Positions 51,086-60,014 of a DNA stretch of 60,014 nucleotides are shown here, one piece after another. Position 1 is the stretch's first letter, and the number at the start of each line of letters is the position of its first letter. Location: the NCBI RefSeq assembly GCF_006345805.1, contig NW_021834491.1:1-60014 (forward strand), read 5' to 3'. The notes under the pieces were generated by a model. It was not told where the DNA came from, ran no database searches, and worked only from the letters and a program-made list of their open reading frames with translations. The DNA comes from Octopus sinensis. Its lineage: Eukaryota. The position numbers and the translations under genes are program-made.

Positions 51086-51292
51086 CCTGGCAGAATCGTT
51101 AGCACGCCGGGCGAAATGCTTTGCGGTATTTCGTCCGCCGCTGCGTTCTGAGTTCAAATTCCGCCGAGGTCGACTTTGCCTTTCATCCTTTCGGGGTCGA
51201 TAAATTAAGTACCAGTTACGCACTGGGGTCGTTGTAATCGACTTAATTCGTTTGTCCCCTCTATGTTTAGCCCCTTGTGGGTAATAAGAAAA
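51086..51292 (+). mobile_element. SINE B2
   Basis: TGGCAGAATCGTTAG...GAGTTCAAATTCCGCCGAGGTCGACTTTGCCTTTCATCCTTTCGGGGTCG...AGCCCCTTGTGGGTAATAAGAAA. Confidence 0.9.
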
Positions 51293-51610
51293 CACATATA
51301 TATTCCTGGTGGTTAGAGAGTTCCACTTGATCCTAGTTACAACTAGGTAAATAAAATCTTCGAACAGACGGTCAGTAGCGACACCTGCTGGTTCTGACTA
51401 CGCTGCATTGATAAAGTGCAACAACCCTGAAACATGTCTGCAGATGTCTGACTAGCAAGGTGAAGCGGCTGACCTCCCCTGTTCGAAGGTTGCAATGGAC
51501 GCAGGTTCGTGTGTCATATAGCTAGCTAGAGGCGGTGGCCTCTTGGAGCTAATCAGCGACAGCTTTAGTCTTATATTTAGACTGCCATATTAGTATGCGA
51601 TACCTATTAA

Positions 51611-51681
<71 letters not shown>

Positions 51682-51789
51682 TATACATTATATATATATA
51701 TCCATTAGGCCCACGCGCCTTTACACATATAAACACGCACACATAAGCCTCTGAAATTGCAATACCCTCTGTTCTGGCATATTCTGATT

Positions 51790-52845
51790 GCAGTTTAATT
51801 GTGGGCTAATAGCAAAGTGATTGAAACTCGTCAGAATTGAACTTCATATTGTTTTCTTCAACACGCTTGTATATTGCGATCCAATCTTTCAGTAGTTTTC
51901 TGTAATCTTAAGGGTCCTTCATTGCCCCTGATACTTTTGTATCATCAGAACAACTGGCGGATGTGCTTGGTTGCATGACTGCTGACAGGTCCGGCAGCCA
52001 TCAGAAACAGCAGTGCTCCCAGTACAGTTCCCAGAGGGGCTCAGTCAGTTTAGTCTTGATGTCTCCTTCTCCTCTTTCTCCTCCTCCGAGAGAAAGATAT
52101 ATATATATATATTATATATATATATAATATATATATTATAGATAGATAGAGAGAGAGAGAGAGGGAGAGAGGGAGAGAGAGAAAGAGAGAGAAAGAGAGG
52201 GTACCATTGACTACGACTGCCTGACTCCTTTGTTTTAAAAAGACATGCAGCCATTTCCCTAGTTTACCAACGGTACCAAGGTCACACAGTTTGGGACATG
52301 TCACATTGTGATCGGCTTTGGCGAAGGCCTTACCCGAGTCGATATATATCGCGTCTACAATTGAACGGCTGAGCTTTCATGGTATTGTAGCTGTATGGGG
52401 TGGCTCCCTCCTGAGTGGAAGCCATGCCTCATTTTAGTGAACACGTCATTTTCTTTTAGAAATCTGACCAGCTTCCTTCTGACAATGCATCTCATGACTT
52501 TGCCGACATATGAGGTTGCAGAGATAGACCTGTAATTTGTTTCATATACTCTGCTTCCTTCTTTGCGGATAGAGCATCTAATATCTTCTTATATTTTGTG
52601 AAGTTTGCTACTTTGCGAGGAAATTCTGGAAATGTATCTCCAGTGATTTTGCGAGAGCTTACTTTCTTGCATGCCTTTCAAAAAAATAGCCGGAAGACTA
52701 ACACGGCCTGTCACTGTGTTCAAGTTCATCGCATTAATGGACGATATTATACCCTTTTCTTCTATGTCAATGTAATCGATGGTTGTCTCTTCCTTGTGTG
52801 GATCTGAAATATTGAAGAAAGTTGCCAAGTTTTGTTCTAGATAAG
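51790..52845 (-). pseudogene. CR1/L2-group LINE reverse transcriptase remnant, interrupted by a microsatellite at ~52075-52200
   Basis: VDAIYIDSGKAFAKADH...KLCDLGTVGKLGKWLHVFLKQRSQAVVVNG / P.GTVLGALLFLM...SDDTKV...ENNMKFNSDEF corresponds to RT motifs DFxKAFDxVxH, GVPQGxVLGPxLF and ADD. Confidence 0.87.
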
Positions 52846-52862
52846 AGTAACACACACACACA

Positions 52863-52914
<52 letters not shown>

Positions 52915-53497
52915 GATATATTAATAATATATTATTATTAATATTAGGAAACTAATATCAAAACTCCTCAGAAAGATATACACGTGTGAAAAATAATTGT
53001 TGTATTAAAAATATATAAATAAATAAATATAAATATGTATAAAAATATATGTATAAGTATAAATATATAATGTATATGACAGTTTAAAAGTTTTGAATTA
53101 ATTATTTAAAGCATCTTACGATCGTTTCGCAGAAGAGTTATCCCTTTTATGAAATCCTATATTGATAAGCATTTATACACAACGCTTCTGCTCTTCAGGG
53201 ATATGGAATTTGAATTCTGTATAACATATCGAATTGTAGTTTTTAAAAAAAATTTTGAAGTAAAATTATAAAAAAGTGTTTGTTTGAAAGATAAATTAAA
53301 AATTAAAAATTAATGCTTTTGATGATAGTTTTAAATCCATATATACTTCCTTGGATATTCTTCTTCAATAATCCATAATATTCATATGTAAAATTCATTA
53401 TATTATCTTGTATTCCAAATATAGTTCATATAGTTAGTTTAGAAATGTGAAATTTGTATCTACTTTAGTATAAGAGTCTTGAAATTCATGTATGTCT

Positions 53498-53573
53498 TCT
53501 TGGTAATTCCTCTGTAGCAATCCATAATACTTTTGTCTTGGTAATTCCTCTGTAGCAATCCATAATACTTTTG
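53498..53573. repeat. Exact 38-bp tandem duplication
   Basis: TCTTGGTAATTCCTCTGTAGCAATCCATAATACTTTTG twice. Confidence 0.95.
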
Positions 53574-53872
53574 TATAAAATTCATTATATTATCCGCTAA
53601 TCCAAATATAGTTCATAATACAAAATCAAATTATATATTTTAAATTATATGTGAAGTTATAAATTGGTCAAAATATTTCTTTTATATTTTAATTTTTATA
53701 ATTGGACGATGCCAATTAAAATTTTAGATTTTTAAATTTAATGCAATTATAACTGTCCATTTGTTATAGATTAGATGTATCCGGGTACATAGGAGTAACA
53801 TATGTTGTTATATATTTTAATAATAATCAATACGTATATTAAGGAGTGACTATGAACGATCTGCTAGTAAAT

Positions 53873-54212
53873 AGGAGCAGACGTGGCGATGTAGTTGAGA
53901 AACTCGCTTAGTAACTACGTGACTACTATAGAAGCCTATGACCCGGGACCGATCAGTGTGATGGGAATGAATTTTGTAGAATTTTCGAAAATTACGCGCG
54001 CGCTTTTCCATTGTGTTTATCCCCCATCGTCGCTTGATAACTGGTGTTGGTTTGTTTACGGCCTTGTAACTTAGAATTTCCGTAAAAGAGACCAGTAGAA
54101 TAAGTAACAGATTTATAAATAACTACTGAGGTCGATTTGTTTTATTAAACCCTTTAAGGTGGTGCCCCAGCTTAGCCGCAGTCCAGTGACTGAAACAAGT
54201 AAACGGTAAAAG
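53873..54212 (+). mobile_element. Diverged SINE family A
   Basis: Degenerate head, CGCTTGATAACTGGTGTTGG, AAAGAGACC..TAGAATAAGTA, GCCGCAGTCCAGTGACTGAAACAAGTAAA. Confidence 0.75.
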
Positions 54213-55169
54213 TTGAATCAGTGCATCGTTAACTTAAATCCAATATTTGGCCATTGTTCACACATTCCAATTCTTAAATTCTCTCAATTTTCAATATTTA
54301 GTCTTCATTTAACACTGACAAATTTTAACGTTTGCCAAAGTCTCCTTCAGATTTAACGACGTACGAATGTTAACTAAAGCAGACGACCGATAATGTATGA
54401 GTCAGACGAGATCCTTATTTAATTGCTAGTATTATAGATTAATAGCTAAACTTCACTTTCTTATTCTGTGATATAAGGATAGCTCGGACGAAGAAACCTG
54501 AGTAATGTTAGAAGAATTAAACAATCGATGTACGAAAATAACAGCGAACAAATTGTTTGTTTTTCTGGCTATTTTCCTTTTCGGAATCAACACCAAAAGA
54601 CATCTCACATAAACAATATCCAACAAACAGTGTTGTTGAAAAAGTAAACATTGGCGCAGACAACAAACTGAGACGGAACTGTCAGAGAAAATAGGCGAGT
54701 GAGGACAGAAAGAAACAGGAAAAGCTGCGTCCGTTAAATAAAGCTTTTGACCTTTCCTTAAGAGTTTTCTCCTTTTGTTTAAAATGTCTTATTTCATGGT
54801 ATGTTTGCCGTTTTGCCTGTTGTTTTGCTTGACTTTTCAAACATTGTTTAGTATTATTTGTTATTTGTTTCACAACTTTTCATCAAATTTGTTTAGTGAA
54901 TAGCCAGTGTTACAGAATAAATGCCGTCTTCCAGTCAACCAGTTAAAGAGTTCACATACATTTCAGTTCTTGGTCGAGACCAGTCAAGTTTATTTACACA
55001 TCTATGACTTGGAGAAGTGCTTCAGCTTCAAAACTTACCCTTTCGCATTTCCTACAAAAACCAGGCTTATGTAAATACGTAAGACATTTTCCTATTTATA
55101 ATAAACGAGAGTGATTTAGGTAATGCTTTCCTGATTTAGATGAGCTCAATCCGGCATCAAACATTTCGT

Positions 55170-55333
55170 AGGCATGGCTATGTGGCAAGACGCTTGCTTC
55201 CCAAACACATGGTTCTGGGTTCAGTTTCACTGCGTGGCATCTTCGGCAAATCCCCTCTAATCCTCTACTATAGCTTCGAGCCAACCAAAGCGTTGTGAGT
55301 AGATTTGGTAGACGGAAACTGAAAGAAGCCCGT

Positions 55334-55372
<39 letters not shown>

Positions 55373-55434
55373 AAAAACACACACACACAAACAAATGTCT
55401 ATATTTATATATATATATATACACATATACATAC

Positions 55435-55497
<63 letters not shown>

Positions 55498-56623
55498 ATA
55501 TACACATATATATGTACATATATATATACATACATGTGTATGTGTTTGTTCGCCACCACCGCTTGATAACCGGAGTAGATGTGTCAACGTACCCGTAATT
55601 TAGTGGTCAAGCAAGACCGATAAAATAAGTACCAGGCTTAAAAAATAACTACTGGGGTTAATTCCTTCAACTAAAATTCTGCCAGGCAGTGCCCCAGCAT
55701 GACCGCAGTCCAATGCCTGAACCGAGTAAAAGATTAAAAAATACCCTAAATATTTTTAAAATGCTTTCACTTGTTTCAGTTATTAGACTGTGGCCATGCT
55801 GATGCAATGCATCCAAGAGTTAAGTCAAACAAATCGACTGAAGTAATATTTCTTTAAAGTTTGGTACTCATTTCATCGATATATTTCGCCGAACCGTTAG
55901 GTTACGGGGACATAAACGAGCCAACACCGGGGTGGATGCAAACACAAAGACACGAATGCGCGTGCACACACACACACGCATGTACGCATATACTTAAACA
56001 CACACACACATGCATACGCACACGCACACACGCACACGCATATATATATATATGCGACGGGCTTCCACGCAGTTTCCGTCTACCCAATTCATACACAAGG
56101 CATTGGTCAGAAGACACTAACATATAAGGTGCCACAAGGTGGGACCGAACCTGGAACCATCTTATTGCGGAAATTTCTAAACTACACAGCCATTAAATAT
56201 GCCTTTGGAATCTCTTTTACTCTCTTTTACTTGTTTCAGTCATTCGACTGCGGCCATGCTGGAGCACCGCCTTTTAGTCGAGCAAATCGACCCCGGGACT
56301 TATTCTTTGTAAGCCCAGTACTTATTCTATCGGTCTCTTTTGCCGAGCCGCTAAGTAACGGGGACATAAACACACCAGCATCGGTTGTCAAGCAATGCTA
56401 GGGGGACAAACACAGACACACAAACACACACACATACATATATATATATATACATATATACGACAGGCTTCTTTCAGTTTCCGTCTACCAAATCCACTCA
56501 CAAGGCATTGGTCGGCCTGGGGCTATAGCAGAAGACACTTGCCCAAGGTGCCACTCAGTGGGACTGAACTCGGAACCATGTGGTTGGTTAGCAAGCTACT
56601 TACCACACAGCCACTCCTGCGCC
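55170..56623. mobile_element. Cluster of three SINE A copies: 55170-55735 (+), 55765-56195 (-), 56211-56623 (-)
   Basis: Each has a recognisable head and tail; the last is close to consensus. Confidence 0.88.
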
Positions 56624-57213
56624 ATGATTAATTTTTGACGAAAAATAGAGCAAAAAAAAAAGAAAAAGAAATCAAAATTCAGCTTCTCACAAAACGCTGC
56701 ACCGGAAATAATATTTATGTCTATTCAAATAATATTAGAAAGAAACGAACGAAATTATGTGACAACTGAATACAATAAAATACGTCGGAACATGTTGATT
56801 GATAATGAACTCATAAAAGGTTTTGCATTGTCTAACTTCACTTAATGATGGATTTAAGAGTAGAGTTAGCAGACCGAGTCTTTCGGGTAAATACAGTCTA
56901 TGCTTTTATCTGAGCAGCGTTAGGTGTAATTAGTATAAACTGGCATTCAACTGACTTTATTTAAGAAACTATTCATAACAGACATGGACAAGACTGAGAC
57001 TCCAAAATAGAATGTAATCAGAGCTAGATGTTACTACAATAACCTGTAATCAGTATGTATTAGGAAATCGACTGAAATAATTGAAAGATTCGTTCAGCGT
57101 CAGTGTTCTGTGTTAAGAAATTTCTTTAAATATTTATACGCAGATTTGACAGCGGGTTAAACTTGATTAAAAGGCGGGCGTCTGGTAGTTTGGTTAGCAC
57201 GTCGGACACAATA

Positions 57214-58140
57214 TTTTTCTGCTCTAAGCACAAGGCCCGAAATTTTTTGGGAGGGGAGCCAGTCGATTTGATCGACCCCAGTACGCGACTGGTACTTAAT
57301 TTATCAACCCACAAGGGGCTAAACATAGAGGGGACAAACAAGGACAGACATAGGTATTAAATCGATTACATCGACCCCAGTGCGTAACTGGTACTTAATT
57401 TATCGACCCTGAAAGGATGAAAGACAAAATCGACCTCGGCGGAATTTGAACTCACAACGTAACGACAGACGAAATACCGCTAAGCATTTCGCCAGGCGTG
57501 CTAACGATTCTGCCAGCTCATTGCCTTTTTAGAATTAAATATTCTTTTTTACTCCAGGCACAAGACACGAAATTTTTGGGGAGGGGGCTAATCGATTAAA
57601 TCGACTCCAGTACGCAACTCGTACTTAGTTTATCGACCGCGAAAGGATGAAACGCAAAGTGGTGTTTCGTCTGTCAACGTTCTGAGTTCAAATTCTATCG
57701 AGGTCGACTTTGCCTTTCATCCTTTCGAGGTTGATAAATTAAGTGCCAGTTGTGCACTGGGGTTGATCTAATCGACTGGCTCCCTCCTCCAAAATTTCGA
57801 GCCATGTGCCTTGAGTAGAAAACAATATTAGTGATTTGCAGCTAGTATCAATATTAGTGAAGGGAGCGATTTCATATAGGGACGTAGACACAGTGAGGAT
57901 GGATAATGAATACGGGTTAATATTGGTTTCAAATTTTGGCACAAAGCCAGCAAGATTGGGGGAACGGAGTAAGTTGATTACATCAACCCCAGTATTCAAC
58001 TGGTATTTATTTTATCAACTCCGAAAGGATGAAAGGCAAAGTTATGGAGGAGGGAATGGGTGATTACATCGACCCTAGTAAGTAACTGGTACTTTATTTA
58101 ATCGATCTCGTCAGAAGGAAATTTAAAGTTGACCTCGGCA
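57214..58140. mobile_element. SINE B cluster: B1 tail + B2 (57214-57527, -), B1 (57545-57660, -), B1 (57661-57822, +), two fragments (57925-58140, -)
   Basis: Repeated ATCGACCCCAGT...ACTGGTACTTAATTTATCGAC cores in both orientations. Confidence 0.87.
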
Positions 58141-59565
58141 GAGCATATACGACTATGCCAATATATAATTCTTATTTGAATAAACCATATTAATTTCTGA
58201 GATACACGCGAGATCGCAAATTTGAAGGAGGTTATAATTGACTAAACCGATTCCAGCATTTGACTGATACCTATTTTACAGGCTTCTGGTGACTAAAAGT
58301 CAAAATATATCACAGAACCACGACTATCACAACTAGATTGGCAGATTCAAGATGGTCGCCTTCCTGGGACCTGATGACAAGCCAAGGACTCGGTTCTACA
58401 TCTGCGACTGGGCAGGCCTATTTGGGAACGCCGCTGTTTACTCTGAATGGGGAAGGCCCCAGTAACAAAATACAACAAAGCATTTTATCCGTCACTCTAA
58501 CATTTCTTCCAATCCACCGTCATTTTGTCCATCACTCAAATAATTCGCCCAATCCGCCGCCATTTTGTCCGCCAGTTAAACGATTCTACCGACCACCGCC
58601 CTAAGTTAAATTAACGATATTGCCGGCCTATATAAGGTTGTTGCCTGTAAGTCTGTTAAAATCTTCATGTTTTCCTCGGTAATTTAATTAGCATATTTCA
58701 CATTTGCTTTTGCAGAATTAATGGATTTCCATAGATCTTCGTTTCAAGAAAGGTAGTTCAAAGATTCGATACTTTATCAGTTAAACAAACAAATAAATAA
58801 ACCAAGCAAATAAAAATCAGCTAAATATATAATAATGTACTTAAAAAAGCGTTTTCTTTCTTCTCTTTTTTTTTCTTGTTAAACAGTTCTTTTCTAATTT
58901 TGACGATGCTTAAAAGTAGGGGGAGATTACTCAAAATCACAACGCTTGGCACCACGGGCAGCTATCAGAAAATAACATTAGTCTCATCACCCCCACCCCC
59001 CGCGCCAACAACAACGGAAAACACAACCCCCCCGCCACTACAGCTTTTACGATCACCGTCTCTACAACCATATCTACCTCCCCCCCGCCCGCTCAGACGA
59101 AAGGACGACTGCACTAAAAAATTACACCACGCACATACTGAAAATAAAATGAACATACACACATACACATACACAAAAGAAAAAGGTGTGAAAAAACACA
59201 AAACCCCCGATACCACGATCATCAGTAAAACAATTGAAACTAGCGTCATAGCTACAAGGACCACGACTATCACAACAAGACCGTCGAAAGCTAGAAGCGA
59301 AGCTACGGCATCTACAACGACAACAACAAAATCGATCCGTAACAACAATACATCCAACAATAGCAGCAACCGCCACCCCCAACGCAACACTATACAACTT
59401 CCTCGTGTCTCAAAATGCAGTTAATTTTTAATAGAATTCTTATCAAAAATTTTCTTAATCACATTTTTGTGGGGAAGAATGTCGAGTTTCTTTCTTTTAG
59501 TGCGTTTTTTTTCTCTGCTTTATCGTTCACTTTTAATTGAAGGACATTATGGTTCTTAATATGTA

Positions 59566-59599
<34 letters not shown>

Positions 59600-60014
59600 G
59601 TGTGTGTATGTATGCGCTTGTGTATACACACACATAAATATGTACATACGTAAATATATATATATACATACATATATATTTGCATACATGCACACATGCA
59701 TACACACACACACGCACACACACACATATAAATAAATAAATATATATACACATATATATATATATACATATGCATATATATACATATATATATATATGTG
59801 TGTGTGTGTTTGTGTGTTTGTATATTATATACTTATATATCTATAACTTATGTTTTACATTTTCGTAAACATTAATAGGTTCTTAAAAGCCTTGTCTTAT
59901 TAAACCAAGATAAAAAAAAAACCACCATTTACCCCCGCCCTCCACCCTGTTAACGTCCATTATGATATTTTTATGGCGATTGGTTTTCTTTAACAAGTTG
60001 GTCATGAAATTAAA

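Noticed and set aside
51350-51560. Possible RTE-type LINE C-terminal remnant (EQTVSSDTCWF...CNGRRFVCHI)
   Set aside because: Similarity is too weak and stop-ridden to call without a search.
54690-54770. RKKQEKLRPLNKAFDLSLRV resembling a bHLH helix 1
   Set aside because: Spacing does not fit the basic region, there is an in-frame stop just upstream, and no loop or helix 2 follows.
58370-58400. CCTGATGACAAG as a hammerhead core
   Set aside because: No stem II or GAAA follows.
58876-59424. 182-aa Thr/Pro-rich ORF (mucin-like look)
   Set aside because: Driven by ACA/CCC low complexity, TTG start, overlapping equally long antisense ORFs.

Overview
Eukaryotic, AT-rich, extremely microsatellite-dense non-coding DNA. 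The repeat families look, from memory, like those of Octopus (coleoid cephalopod); this was not checked by a search. I found no recognisable host protein-coding gene, rRNA, true tRNA or CRISPR array, and nearly all ORFs in the track are translations of simple repeats. The window is a nested mosaic of mobile elements. It holds three groups of tRNA-headed SINEs (here called A, B1/B2 and C; about 35-40 copies or fragments). It also holds decayed transposases (Tc1, mariner, hAT Charlie/Buster-like), a CR1-type reverse transcriptase fragment, four 3' fragments of R4/Dong-like restriction-like-endonuclease retrotransposons sitting in (TAA)n/(CAA)n arrays, and three Penelope-like element (PLE) coding fragments. 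The most interesting signal is a set of short non-coding elements carrying minimal hammerhead-ribozyme-like motifs with a palindromic ACGU stem III. The best example (16162-16551) is a tRNA-headed SINE with a hammerhead, an inverted copy of its own 3' end that starts 2 nt from the predicted cleavage site, and a 10-bp target-site duplication, suggesting a Penelope-mobilised, ribozyme-bearing SINE. Several element families also appear to partition among different microsatellite targets. Coordinates are hand-counted and element ends are approximate unless a target-site duplication (TSD) is given.
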